Part shown: positions 48,250-61,598 of the stretch, piece by piece
Position numbering within the stretch: position 1 is the stretch's first letter
Layout: each line of letters starts with the position of its first letter
NCBI GenBank assembly: GCA_977017645.1
Contig: OZ360239.1
Location: forward strand, 61,380,001-61,444,000
Length of the DNA stretch: 64,000 bases
Source: Torpedo marmorata
Taxonomy: Eukaryota
Direction of reading: 5' to 3'
Notes under the pieces: model-generated
Database searches by the model: none
Told to the model about the DNA's origin: nothing
The model's input: only the letters and a program-made list of their open reading frames with translations
Translations under genes and position numbers: made by a program

Positions 48250-50577
48250 GCACCTCTGGTAAATGTTCAGTCCCTTTTTGCGGCACCTGTTCAAAATATG
48301 GCTTAATCATATTCACATGACAGACCTGTGTGTCTCGTCTGTGATTAGGTGTTTCTATGACATAGGTGACGTCATTAATTTTTGACTTAACTCTATAGGG
48401 TCCTGAAAATCTAGCCCTAAGAGGATTTGAATGGATGGGAAACAGAACTAATACGTTCTCACCAGGTTTAAAAGTTCTCATCTTAGCCTTTCGATCATAC
48501 CAAACCTTCAATCTCTCTTCAGTAGCCTTTAAATTCTCCTTTGCCATCTCACAAGCCCTATGGAACCGATCCTTAAATTTTTGAAATATAATCTAACAGA
48601 TTTAAATGCACATCACTATTAATCCACTGTTCTTTTAATAATCTTAAATGACCTCTCACCTCATGTCCGAAAACTAACTCGAATGGACTAAAACCAAGTG
48701 ATTCTTGGACAGACTCCCTCGCTGCAAATAAAAACAAATGAACCCCCTCATCCCAATCCTTTTCCTTCTCACAACAATAGGTTCTAATCATGTTTTTCAA
48801 AGTCAAATGGACTCAACATCACCTCCAATTCCTTTAATTAAATTCATTTCACCGGTGTCAGTAGCTTCACAAAATTCCAAGACACTATCTAACACAAGTG
48901 ACTGAGCAGCTCCAGTATCTCGCAAGATTTTCACTGGAACTTGCTTTGCTCCTGCCTTAACTGAAACAAAACCATCAGTCACAAAAGGTTTAAATACATC
49001 TCTAACTTTGTCAGTAAATTTATCTCCTTCCTGGGTGTTATGCCTCTTCTCACTCTGAATACAAGCATTAGGTGTTGCATCCTTTTCTCTCTTCTTTTTC
49101 AACACTGGACAACTTGCTAGCATATGACCAGCCTTCCTACAGTAGTGGCAAATGGGACCCGAATGGTTTTCCCTTTTCCACTTTCCTTCATCCCTTTCCT
49201 TAACACCACTTCCAAATTTACTTTCCACTTGCTTTGGATTATACACAGTGACCTTTTGGAAAATTCTTCCTGACGTCCACTTATGCTTGTGGGTTAAAGC
49301 ATATTCATCTGCTAACTTAGCTGAATTTTGCCAAGTTTTCACCTCCTTTTCATCTAAGTATGCCTTAATATCCTCAGGAACACACCTTTTTATCTCCTCG
49401 ATTATTATCAATTCTCTCAATTGAAAGTAATCATTGTTTACTACCTTAGATGTGCACCACTGGTCAAAACACACAACCTTTTCATAGGCAAACTCTGTGT
49501 AAGATTGGGTTGCTGATCTTTTTAAATTTCTAAACTTCTGTCTATAAGCCTCTGGAACTAACTCATAAGCCTGGAGTATAGCCTTTTTCACCGTTTCATA
49601 ATCAGCAGCTTGCTCCGTGGTAAGAGTAGAATAAGCTTGCTGAGCTTTTCCTTTTATTACACTTTGTAACATAAGAGACCATTGGTCTTGTGGCCATTTT
49701 AATTTCACAGCCACCTTCTCAAAATGTTGGAAGTACTTATCTATTTCTGCCTCCTCAAATGGAGGAACCAACCTAACTTCTCTACTAGCCAAAAACCCCT
49801 CAGCAGGATGACGAATTTGATCTTGGTGCTCTTCTTGTCTCCTCTCATTTTCCAACCTCATCTTTTCCAGCTCATATTTCCTATTTTTCTCATTGTTCTC
49901 AAGGCCCCTTGACTTTCTGGATGGTACGCAGAGGATACAATCTATTTAACTCCCAGTCCATCAACCACTTATTAGAAAACGCCTGACATGAAATTACTGC
50001 CCTGATCTGATTGAATTTCCATTGGCAAACCTACCAAGGTGAAAAACTTTACCATAGCCTTTACAATTGACTTTGCTTTAATGATTCTCAGAGGAATGGC
50101 CTCTGGAAATCTGGTGGCTGCACACATAATTGTTAACGAACACTCATTCCCCGCTTTGGTTTTGGGCAATGGGCCAACACAGTCCACAATCACTCTCGAG
50201 AAAGGCTCACTGAAAGCAGGGATATGTTGCAAGGGTGCCACCGGGGGACCCTGATTAGGTTTACCCACCACCTGACAAGTGTGACAGGCCCGGCAAAAAC
50301 TTACAACCTCCCTTCTCAAACTGGGCCAATAAAATTGTTTCATTATCTTCCTTATAGTTTTCTTCACCCCAAGGTGACCACCTAAGGGTGTACTATGAGC
50401 CAAAGTTATTATTGCATCCCTATATACTTTAGGGATCACAACCTGCTGCACTACTGCCCATTCTTCATTGGCAGGAACATCACATGGTCTCCACTTTCTC
50501 ATCAACACCCCATCTTTTTCATAATAACCCACTGGCACCTTGTTAATCTCCTCTTCAGAGAGAACCTTATTCCTCAC
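48250..50577 (-). pseudogene. Gmr1-like integrase split by a duplicated gag-protease segment (~48803-49901)
   Basis: AHSTPLGGHLG..CRACHTCQ, VIVDCVGPLP, IQSDQGSNF, SSAYHPESQGALE | insertion | TLKNMIR..GFSPFELVFG..FSGPY..CHVNMIKPY. Confidence 0.88.
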
Positions 50578-50619
50578 CTCAGCAAGATCAGGATCGTCCT
50601 TTTGCCTTGCTATTAGCTC

Positions 50620-52391
50620 CTATCGGGATAGTGTCAAATCCGTGCCTTTAGGTGTCTTATCAGTGGATGGGTGTAACATTGGAGATTGCTCAACCTTTTC
50701 CAGGTTTTCTTGATTATCACTGACTTTTTCTTTCACCAAGTTATTTTCCACTGCTTTCTCTAAAGTGACATTTTTCTTAGACATGGCCCTGGTTATGGCA
50801 CATGCCGGATAAATATCAGAGTCTTTCTCTGACTTATCAATGACTGGCTTAGTAGTCATTCGCACTGCAGGAACTACTTTACCCTTGGCCAAGTCATTGC
50901 CTAGCAACAGTGAGACTCCTTCTACTGGCAGCTCTGATCTCACTTCTATTATAACAGGTCCTTCCACCAAGTCTGAGTCCAACACTATTTTGTGCAAAGG
51001 AATGGACTCAACATCACCTCCAATTCCTTTAATTAAATTCATTTCACCGGTGTCAGTAGCTTCACAAAATTCCAAGACACTATCTAACACAAGTGACTGA
51101 GCAGCTCCAGTATCTCGCAAGATTTTCACTGGAACTTGCTTTGCTCCTGCCTTAACTGAAACAAAACCATCAGTCACAAAAGGTTTAAATACATCTCTAA
51201 CTTTGTCAGTAAATTTATCTCCTTCCTGGGTGTTATGCCTCTTCTCACTCTGAATACAAGCATTAGGTGTTGCATCCTTTTCTCTCTTCTTTTTCAACAC
51301 TGGACAACTTGCTAGCATATGACCAGCCTTCCTACAGTAGTGGCAAATGGGACCCGAATGGTTTTCCCTTTTCCACTTTCCTTCATCCCTTTCCTTAACA
51401 CCACTTCCAAATTTACTTTCCACTTGCTTTGGATTATACACAGTGACCTTTTGGAAAATTCTTCCTGACATCCACTTAGGCTTGTGGGTTAAAGCATATT
51501 CATCTGCTAACTTAGCTGAATTTTGCCAAGTTTTCACCTCCTTTTCATCTAAGTATGCCTTAATATCCTCAGGAACACACCTTTTTATCTCCTCGATTAT
51601 TATCAATTCTCTCAATTGATTGTAATCATTGTTTACTACCTTAGATGTGCACCACTGGTCAAAACACACAACCTTTTCATTGGCAAACTCTGTGTAAGAT
51701 TGGGTTGCTGCTCTTTTTAAATTTCTAAACTTCTGTCTATAAGCCTCTGGAACTAACTCATAAGCCTGGAGTATAGCCTTTTTCACCGTTTCATAATCAG
51801 CAGCTTGCTCCGTGGTAAGAGTAGAATAAGCTTGCTGAGCTTTTCCTTTTATTACACTTTGTAACGTAAGAGACCATTGGTCTTGTGGCCATTTTAATTT
51901 CACAGCCACCTTCTCAAAATGTTGGAAGTACTTATCTATTTCTGCCTCCTCAAATGAAGGAACCAACCTAACTTCTCTACTAGCCAAAAACCCCTCAGCA
52001 GGATGACGAATTTGATCTTGGTGCTCTTCTTGTCTCCTCTCATTTTCCAACCTCATCTTTTCCAGCTCAATTTCCTATTTTTCTCATTGTTCTCTAAGTC
52101 TAATTTCTTTTGTTCCAATTCCAATTTCTTTATTTGCAACTGTATGTTTTCAGAAGGTTTACCCTTGGGAAACTGCTCTAACACGCTCTCCTCAAACTTT
52201 TTTTCTTTTATATAGTATTTGACAATTTTTCTCCCAATCTCTGCCTTTTTCATAAATGGTTTTACAGAAGCAATGCCCAACTCTGTTGCTATCGCCACTA
52301 ACTGTTCCTTTTTCGCCTTTTTTAAAGTATTAGGTTCAGGTGATTCCAAAAATTTTCCTACATCCATTGTTGCTGATATTTCGTTACACAC
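50620..52391 (-). pseudogene. Gmr1-like gag-protease (frameshift at ~52055)
   Basis: SCAN-like capsid YELVPEAYRQKFR, CHYCRKAGHMLASC knuckle, protease ILRDTGAAQS, LLLGNDLA. Confidence 0.9.
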
Positions 52392-54306
52392 ACACTAGCT
52401 TTTAATTAGCTTTACAAAAGGAATGTCTTAAACCAGAATGGGATTCCTTCAATTACCAAGATGGATTTTTAATTCAAATCCAAGGACGAGCCCCCAATTT
52501 TGTTACAAACTCAAACCAGCAATGACAGAAGACGCAATGCAAAAGGGGTAAAATTGAAATTTAAATTTATTAAAGACAATTAAACATATAATTTCACAAC
52601 AATTAACCCCACTATAAACGTCTATAAACACTATTCTTATCTAAAAAGTGTGTGTGTGTGTAAAGCCCAGACCATTACAGTCTGTGCCCAACCCTCATGT
52701 AAAAATGGAAAAACATTCCCCAAAAACCCCAGGTCAGTCATAAAAACAAGTCAGTCTAAAAAAATAATACAGTCCACAAAAATTCACTCTCTATGTTCAG
52801 GATCCAAATTCAGCTCTGTGTGCTGGCAAGAAGGACTTCTTAATGAACGTTGGAGAGAGACAATGACTGTTTATGCTTACGAATACTTGGCTTGCTTTTC
52901 TTCTCTGATGACTTTCCTATTTGGTAGAGATTCACAAGGATTGCGACTCCGAATCAGTATACCACTGATTGAGGCATGTACTTGGATCTCACAGCTGGTC
53001 TCGCTGATCTCACGCCTGTTCTCCACAAAAGTTGCTTTAACTCAGGATTTTGCTGAGACAGGAGGCCATGTGCTATTCTCCCAGCCTTTTTCCTGGGATG
53101 CACAAGCCTGGATTTTGCTGTGTTCTCTAGCCTTTGCAACTCCAAAACTGCCACTGAATCTGAATGGTTTTTTGCAGAGGTTTGCACCTGCTTTTGCAAA
53201 AGTGCAACAAAGTATCTCTCCACAGTCTCTCTCTCTCTCTGGTGTCTCTCTCTCTCTCTGTGAGTACAAGAAGTCCTGGGCAAGTTAACTCTTTCAGTAC
53301 CAGGTCCCAGTGTGTATCCAAAAAACTTCATCCTTCCTGCTGACCGTCCGCAGTCCAAATGGTCAGTCATGATCCATAACACAAGTCATTAATGTACATC
53401 ACAAACAACAGGGGTCCCAACACCGATCCCTGTGCAACACCTCTGGTCTCAGGCCTCCATCCCAATTAACACCCTTCCACCACTACCCTCTGTCTTCTAT
53501 GAGCCAGCCAATTCTGTATCCAAACTATTAACACACCATGTTTCCCATGCATCTGCACCTTCTGAATCAGCCTACCATGGGGGACCTTGTCAAGTGCCTT
53601 ACTAATGTCCACGTATACAACATCCACTCCCTACCCTCATCAACTATCCTGTCACCTCCTCAAAAAACTCAAATTGGTAAGACATGACGTGCCCCTTACA
53701 AAGCCATGTTGACTGTCCTTAATCTGATCATGGCTTTTAAAATGTTCATAAATCTTATCTCTGAGTATCTTTCCAATAGGTAGCCTGCCACTGATCTGAG
53801 GCGTCCTGGCCAATTATTTCCTGGATTATCTGATCTTCCCTACTTGAACACATGTACAACATGCCACTCTCCAGTCCTCTGGGATCTCTCCTGTTGTGAG
53901 GATGCAACTATCTTTGTCATGACCCCAACAAGCTCTTCACTTGTCTCTCTCAATAACTGGGGATATAGCCCATCAGGCCCAGGGTATTTGTCCACCTAAA
54001 TGCTCTTCAAAAGACCCAACACTGCCTCTTTCTTTTTTTTAAATTTTTATTATTTTATTTAAACTTTTAAATCACAAAATACATGAGATAAAATATAAAA
54101 TTATCAAAATACATGTGATATATTTTCACCCCCCCATCCTCCCTCCCCTCCCCAACCCTCCCATCCCCACTAATCTAATAAAAAATATAATAAAAATTAA
54201 AGTGAAATAGAAAAAAGAAAGAAAAGAATAGAATGAGGGGAATACCTTCTAAACTAATTCTATTATGGAGGTCAAGTATGCCAGCAGATCTGATATCTAG
54301 AGATCT

Positions 54307-57300
54307 TCAAATCCTTAAACCCACAGCTCTCATATATGGGCTCCAAATTTTCAAGAAAAAATGATATTTATTACGTAAATTATAAGTAATTTTTTCCAGT
54401 GGTATACACGAACGGAGTTCTGCATGCCATCTTTCTAATCCTAAATCTAAGTCAGATTTCCAAGTAATAGCAATGCATTTTTTTGAAACAGCTAAAGCAA
54501 TTCGCAAAAATTCTACTTGAAACATATTTAATTTCTTTTTAATACTAAATTTTTTAATATCTCCAAATAAAAATAACATAGGAACCATTGGAAATGCAAT
54601 ATTAAATACTTTATCTAAAAATTTTTTAACTTTCAACCAAAAATCTTGAATCTTTGGACAAAACCATGTAGAATGAACAAAAGAACCTTCCTCTCTATTG
54701 CATCTAAAACAAAAGCCTGATAATGTCGGATTAAATATCTTTAATTTTTTAGGTGTTAAATATAATTGATGAAAAAAATTATATTGTACTAATCTATATC
54801 TAACATTGATAATCTTCGTCATACTTAATTTACATAAATCTTTCCAATGATTTTCATCTATATTTACATTTAAATCTAATTCCCATTTTAATCTTGATTT
54901 ATGCAATCCTATTTTAGGCATTTTCCTCTGAAACAATTTATACATTTGAGAAATGAATTTATTAACATCTCCATTAGCAACTAATAATTCTAATTCATTT
55001 TGTCTTGGTAAAATCAAAGCATAACCTGATTTCTCAGTCAAAAAAGCTTTAACTTAATAATAAGCTAAAAATGTATTATCTGGTATATTAAATTTATCTT
55101 TCATTCTTTGAAACGTAATAAATTTTCCAGCTTCAAAACAATCATTAATCTTCTTAATACCTTTTTGAAACCAAATTTTAAGTAACTGATTATTAACAGT
55201 AAATGATATAAGTCCATTTTGATATAATGGCATATTTGAAGAAATTAATCCTCTTCCACCTATCTCTTTATCCGTCTTACCCCATATTTCTAACAAATGT
55301 TTAATAATCGGTGATTTTTTCTTTTTTAATGATATTAATTTAGAATCCCATTTATAAATAATTTCTTCTTTAAGATTTTCTCCTGTATTATTTAATTCTA
55401 TTTTAATCCAAGCAGAAGATTTAGTTGAATCAAAAAATTCATTGACAAATTTTAATTGAGCTGCTTTATAATAATTTTGAAAATTAGGAAGTTGCAATCC
55501 ACCCATCTCATAATTCCAGGTTAACTTTTCCATACTTACTCTTGCTAACTTTCCTTTCCATAAAAATTTCCTAATAATAAAATTTAAATCTTTAAAAAAA
55601 TTTTGAGGAATTCCAAAAGGATTTGATTGAAAAAGATACTGAACTCTTGGAAAAATATTCATTTTAATACAATTTACCCTTCCCATTAAAGTTATGGGTA
55701 AATCTTTCCAATTCTCTAAATCTTTCTTTATTTTCACAAATAATGGTAGATAATTTAATTTATATAAATTTTCCAATTTTGTATCAACCTTAACCCCCAA
55801 ATATTTAATTCCTTCTTTAGCCCATTTAAATTGTGTAATTTCTTTACATCTAGTATAATCACCTTGAGATAAAGCCATTATTTCACTTTTATCAGAATTA
55901 ATTTTATATCCAGATATTTCACCATATTCTCTTAATATAATAGATAGTTGTTGAAGTGATATAATAGATTTTGTCATATATATCAATACATCATCTGAAA
56001 ACAAACTAATCTTATGTTCTTCCATACCAACTTTAATACCCACTATCTTAGGATCTTTTCTAACTAATTCAGCCAAGGGTTCTATCGCCAAAACAAATAA
56101 AGCTGGTGACATGGGACATCCCTGTCTCGTAGAACGTGTCAAAGAAAATTTTGGCGATATTTGTCCATTTGTGATTACTTTAGCTGATGGTTCTTTATAT
56201 ATAGTTTTAATCCAATTTATAAATGTATTTCCAAAACCAAATTTTTCTAATACCTTAAATAAAAAATTCCATTCTAATCTATCAAAAGCCTTTTCAGCGT
56301 CTAATGTTACAACTAATGGTAAATCTTGTTTCTTTTTATGCAAACTAATTAAACTAATTAATCTAGCTATATTATCCTTTGAATATCTATTTTTAATAAA
56401 ACCAGCTTGGTCTATATGTATCAAATCTGGCAAATATTTAGCCATTCTGTTTGCTAAAATTTTTGCCATTATTTTATAATCTACATTTAATAATGAAATA
56501 GGTCTATATGATTCAGTTTTTAATACATCTCTATCCTTCTTTGGTATAACTGTAATTATAGCATTTAAGAATGTTTTCGGTAATGAATGAGTTTCCGTAA
56601 TTTGATCTAGTACTTCCATATATGGAGGTATCAATAAATCTTTAAATTCTTTATAAAATTCTGATGAAAACCCATCATCACCCGGAGATTTACCACTCTT
56701 CAGTGAAGAAAAAACTTCACTAACTTCCCTCATTGTGAAAGACAAATCTAAAGAGTCTCTACTCCAAATATTCAATTTAGGTAATATGATTTTAGATAGG
56801 AATCTATTAATTTTAGAATCATCTTGGTCAATCTGCGATTTATATAAATTCTGATAATCATCTTTAAAAGATTCATTTATCTCTTGAGGTTTATAAGTTA
56901 TTTCTCCAGTATTTTTCTTCCTTATAGCATTTATAGTTTTAGAAACTTGTTCTTTTTTCAATTGCCATGCCAAAACCTTATGTGCTCTTTCTCCTAATTC
57001 ATAATATCTTTGTTTAGTTTTCTCAATTAATGTTTCCATTTTATATGTTTGTAACAAATTATAATGTAATTTCTTCCCTATTAAACAATTTCTTTTTTGA
57101 ATTGATCTATTTCTCTGTAAGTCCTTCTCCATAAGTTCAATTTCCTTCTCAAGTTTTTCTGATTCCTTAAGATAATCTTTCTTAATTTTAACTGAATAGC
57201 TTATTATTAGACCCCTTAAATAAGCGTTTAAAGCTTCCCACACTATAAATTTATCATTAATAGAATTAACATTTATTCGTAAAAATTCCTGAATTTCTCT

Positions 57301-58100
57301 TCTTATATATTCACAAAAATCTTTCCTTTTTAATAACGACGAATCAAATCTCCAATTATATATAGTTTTTTCTTTTTCCGGAATTATACAAGACAATAAC
57401 AAAGGTGAATGATCAGAGATTACTCTCGCTTTATAGGATGCTTGCGTTATTCTATCTTGAACCTGTGATGATAATAAAAATAAGTCTATCCTAGAGTATG
57501 AATCATGCCTAAAAGAATAAAATGAATAATCTTTCTCCCTAGGGTTCAATCTCCTCCAAATGTCTATTAAATTTAAATCTTTCATCAAATTAAGAACTTT
57601 TTTAACAATTTTAGCTCTAACAGGTGATCTTTAGGTTTTATCCATTATTGAATCTAAACAACAATTGAAATCTCCCCCGATTAAAATATTCTCATTAGCG
57701 TCTGACAAATGCAAAAAGGCATCTTGAATAAACTGCTCATCATCTGGATTTGACACATATAAATTCATAAGTGTCCAAGATTCTGAATAAATTTGACAAT
57801 GTATCAACACATATCTTCCTGCTACATCTGTAACTACCGATTGTATCTTAAAAGGTAATTTTTTATTAATTAATATAGCTACGCCTCTTGCTTTAGAATT
57901 AAATGAAGAAGCCACCACATGACCAACCCACTCTCTTTTTAATTTTTGATGTTCCAGGTCTATCAAATGAGTCTCTTGTAAGAAAGCTATATCTACCCTC
58001 AACTTTTTAATATATGCTAAAGTTCTTTTTCTCTTAATCGGATTATTAAGCCCATTTATATTAATACTTACTAAATTTATATTCTTACTACCATCATAAT
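54307..58100 (-). pseudogene. L1 ORF2 (APE endonuclease-RT-Cys domain) with in-frame stops at 57631 and 55054
   Basis: SININGLN..AFLQETH..GGDFN..SRIDLF..SDHSP, RT motifs with FSDD in place of FADD, and the CFRC..H..C domain. Confidence 0.93.
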
Positions 58101-58374
58101 CAAATTGTAACAAATCTCTTTCAATCAAATCTACTAGCTTTCCCCTCCTAAATTGTAAACTACTTGATATCCCCTCAAGTAAAGTAAAAGATAGAAAGAA
58201 AAGAAAGAAAAACGAAAACCCCCGCATATAAAATACTGGCGTTTTTATCCCAGTATTACCCCCCTCCATTGTTCGAGAAGTGGCTCTCGCCACTAAGGTG
58301 GTGTACGGCTAGGAAGAAGAGATAAAACGTCCACCTCCCCCCAACAGATTAACGTAAACTTATACATAATATCT

Positions 58375-59742
58375 TCAATTAACTGATCCAATTTCCAAAT
58401 CTTCTTGTTCTTCCTCAGTCCGAACTCGAACCCTCTCCTCTCTTGGCAAAGAACTTGGTGAAGGAGCTTGTATTGGTTGATTTTCTTGATCTTGCTGACG
58501 ATTATTTATTCCTAAATTTTTGGTCAAATATGGAAGAGTTTGTGCATATTTATAAGCTTGTTGAGGATCCATAAACAGAATGAAGTCATTTCCATTACTT
58601 TGAACTCTCAAAGCCGCAGGATATTTAAACGAAAATTTATATCCTTTCTGCCAAAGTAATGCTTTTGTTGGGTTGAATTCTTTACGACTCTTAACTACTG
58701 CTGGACTTAAATCTGGATAAAAAAGCACTTTATTTCCACCCATCATCATTGGAGCTCTATTATCTCTCGCCTTCTGAATCGCTGCTCTTAATATTTTTTC
58801 TCTATCTTGATATCTAAGACATTTCATCAATACAGGACGTGGTCTCCGATCTATCTGATTTTGTCTCCCAATTCTATGTGCTCTTTCCAGCTCCACTGGT
58901 TTGTCAAAAGCAAAAGTTTGCATAAGCCAATCTTGAAAAAATTGAGTTGCATCTGGTGTTTCAGTATCTTCAGGCAATCCCAGTATTTTAACATTATTTC
59001 TTCGGCTTTGATTTTCCAATTGATCCATTTTTTGCATCAATTGATTTCTTTGTAATTCCCATCCTGTAAATGAATCATCTATTTTATCAACTCTTTCTCT
59101 ATAGTCCGTAAATTCATCATAATTATTCTTAACATCATCTTCAACTTTTTGAACTCTACTTTCCATTTTACTCACAGTATTTTCCAATCTCTTAATATTC
59201 TGCTTCACCTCTTTAAATTCTTGCTGCATATTAACTTCTCATCTTGAAATGGCCTGTAATATTTGCTGTTGATTTTCTTTTATAGACCAATATTCTGTAT
59301 TAGGGTCTTCTGGATAAGCTTCATATTCTTCAACTTCTAACTCTGAAGTCTGCTGGATATCCTTATCCTTGCCCTCTGAATCCGACGATGTATCCTGCTC
59401 CCCAGCATATAGTAATGTCTGGGGAGCATCTCTTCTCCTACTGAACTCCTCTGGTAATGCCCGCTGTAATTCGCGTATTCGCGTCGTTTCGCGCATGCGC
59501 GTTGCTTCCAACGGGACTCTTGTAGTTTTTCTCCAAGCGCCGGCGCCATCTTCCCCAGCTCCCTGAAAAGACAGCGCCGGCGCTACAGACTCACCAGATG
59601 ACCTTCCGCGCTGCGACTTTGACAAGGGCATTACGACAGCTCCAGGCTCCAGCAGACAGGTAGGCCGCTTTTCCTCTTGTATTAAAGTTGATTGAATCAT
59701 TGCTTTCCTTGCTTTCTGTTCCTTCGATTTTTTAGAGGCCAT
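58375..59742 (-). pseudogene. L1 ORF1 (coiled coil plus RRM/CTD), one frameshift at ~59235
   Basis: LENQSRRNNVKILGLPE, ELERAHR, RPRPVL, FYPDLS..RKEF, FKYPAAL. Confidence 0.92.
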
Positions 59743-60002
59743 TGTTAAGAAGCTAATAATAATTTTCAAACTGTTTAAAAACTTTTAAAGTTAAATAAAA
59801 AGGCTTCTTGGTCTAATCTGTGGGGAGAGGTGTATTTTCACGTCTTCTACCTACGCCATCACGCCACGCCCCCCACACTGCCTCTTTCTTGATCTCAAAA
59901 TGTCCTATTACTGTCCATTTCCTTCCTGGTGAACACCAATACAAAGTACTCATTTAGTACCTCATCCACCTCCTCTGACTCCAACCAGAAATTCCCTCTT
60001 TT

Positions 60003-60933
60003 TAAAAAAAATTTATTTTATTTTTCATTTTCAAAATTTTCACAAAACATTAATAAACAATCACGAATATACATAAATTTCAAACATATCAAGTACAGAA
60101 TACATTACGCCCCTTAACCCTCCCTCCCCCACCCAAAAAGAATAAAACCAAAACAGAAGGAAAAGAAAAGAAAACTAAACGTACCATCAGCGCTTACAAC
60201 TTTTGTCCATGTATTTGGGGATGACACACCCTTAAAATAATTATACCTTACAGTATACCATACCTCAGGGGTTTGATTACAACTGAGCACCAATGTGCTC
60301 CAAGTATGGTTGCCACATTTTAACAAAGTTATCGTACTTATTTCTAAGACTCTATGTAATTTTTTCCATGGGGATACAGCTGTACATTTCCGTAGTCCAT
60401 CGAGTGATGAGAAGGGGGGAGTCGGACTTCCAAGTAACTGCAATGCATTTTTTTGCTACGGACAGAGCAATGATTACAAATTGAATTTGGAATTTAGATA
60501 ATCTGTTGCTTATGTCCATGAGGTTTCCTAAAAGATACAACTCCGGGTCTAGTGGGAAGGCTACTCCCGTAATCCTAGTTAGTACGTTAGCCAAATCATG
60601 CCAAAAGGGCCTTACCTTTGCATATGACCAGGTGGAGTGTAAAAAGGATTCAATTTCTATCCCACATCTGAAACACATTTCTGATATCTCTGGTTTTGAC
60701 TTGTGTAGTTTTTGTGGTGTGAGATACAATTGGTGGAGGAAATTATATTGAACCAGCCTATATCTGGCATTAATGACTGCTGTCATGCTATCTAAACACC
60801 AGTCTGAGCAGCATCGTTTGTGAATTGTTGTTCCCAAGTCTGACTCCCACCTCTCTCTCGATCTTTGTAGGCCTGGCTTAGGGCTTTCGCTTTGGAGTAC
60901 GAAATACATTCGAGATATGAATTTAGGTGCTTT
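60003..60933 (-). mobile_element. L1 3' fragment, second subfamily
   Basis: ORF 60352-60909 RYRLVQYNFLHQLYLTP..CFRC..CIPMEKIT. TSD cagaaattccctctttt at 59986-60002 and 60934-60950. Confidence 0.9.
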
Positions 60934-60988
60934 CAGAAATTCCCTCTTTTGTCCTTGAGTAGTCCTATCCTCTCCCTTGTCATCCTCT

Positions 60989-61303
60989 TCTTTTTTTTTA
61001 TTTTTTAAAAAATATTTTATTTAAAATTTTAAATCACAAAATACATAAAGTAAAATATGAAAATATCAAAATACTTGTGATACATTTTCATCCCCCCTCC
61101 CTCCCTCCCCTCCCTAACCCTCCCATCCCTACTAATCTACTAAAAGAAAAAGAAAAAGAAAAGAAAAAGATAGAATAAGGAGAATGTCAATCTAAAAAAA
61201 ATACATCTATAACTAATTTTATTATGGAGGATAGGTTCGCCAGTCAAATCCGATGTCCAGAGATCATCAAATCCTTAAACCAACAGCCTTCATATATGGG
61301 CTC
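60989..61303 (-). mobile_element. L1 3' end (relative of the full-length family) interrupted by the BEL/Pao element
   Basis: Similar to 54035-54345; stops abruptly at catatatgggctc|tgtagc. Confidence 0.88.
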
Positions 61304-61477
61304 TGTAGCGACTTCGTCCAATAAAAAATAGTCACTTGGAGGCTAAGTTAGGTGTTTGTCTGCGACGCGTTTTCATTCATTTACCAACAAAGTCCAAAAT
61401 GTTCAAAAACCTTTATTTACATTTGACTTGCAGTAATCTTCAAGTGACTTCAATACAAACAGTCCTTTAAATGATGT

Positions 61478-61598
61478 AAAACAATGTAAAACGATGTAAA
61501 AGGTTATAAAACGTGTTCCAAAACATGTTAAACGGTCCTAAACGATGTTAAACGTGTTCCAAAAGTGTTAAACGGTCCTAAACGATGTTAAACGGTCG
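61478..61598. repeat. Degenerate ~10-bp tandem repeat inside the BEL LTR
   Basis: Units aaacgatgtt, aaacggtcct and aaacgtgttcc. Confidence 0.8.

Larger units (their letters stand above)
46506..53381 (-). mobile_element. Gmr1-like Gypsy LTR retrotransposon (PR-INT-RT-RH order), RT deleted, gag partly duplicated
   Basis: LTRs at 46506-47387 and 52501-53381 (TG..CA). 4-bp TSD caag. PBS tgggggctcgtcc (tRNA-Pro-like) at 52484-52496 on the minus strand. PPT next to 47388. Confidence 0.93.
54035..59874 (-). mobile_element. Full-length L1-clade LINE (5.84 kb)
   Basis: 16-bp TSD acactgcctctttctt at 54019-54034 and 59875-59890. 5' end GGGGGGCGTGGCGTGATGGCG, then ORF1, ORF2 and an A-rich tail. Confidence 0.96.
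45630..60988 (-). mobile_element. Old CR1 LINE fragmented by nested insertions (pieces ~45630-45965, 46420-46505, 53382-54034, 59875-60002, 60934-60988)
   Basis: QMEFNPDKYEILQFGR and VQFWSPHYRKDVEAL remnants; gggtcccaacaccgatccctgtg is the reverse of PQGSVLGP. Pieces rejoin across the TSDs. Confidence 0.75.

Noticed and set aside
61478-61598. CRISPR-like or iteron-like array
   Set aside because: Degenerate 10-bp minisatellite without unique spacers, inside a eukaryotic LTR.
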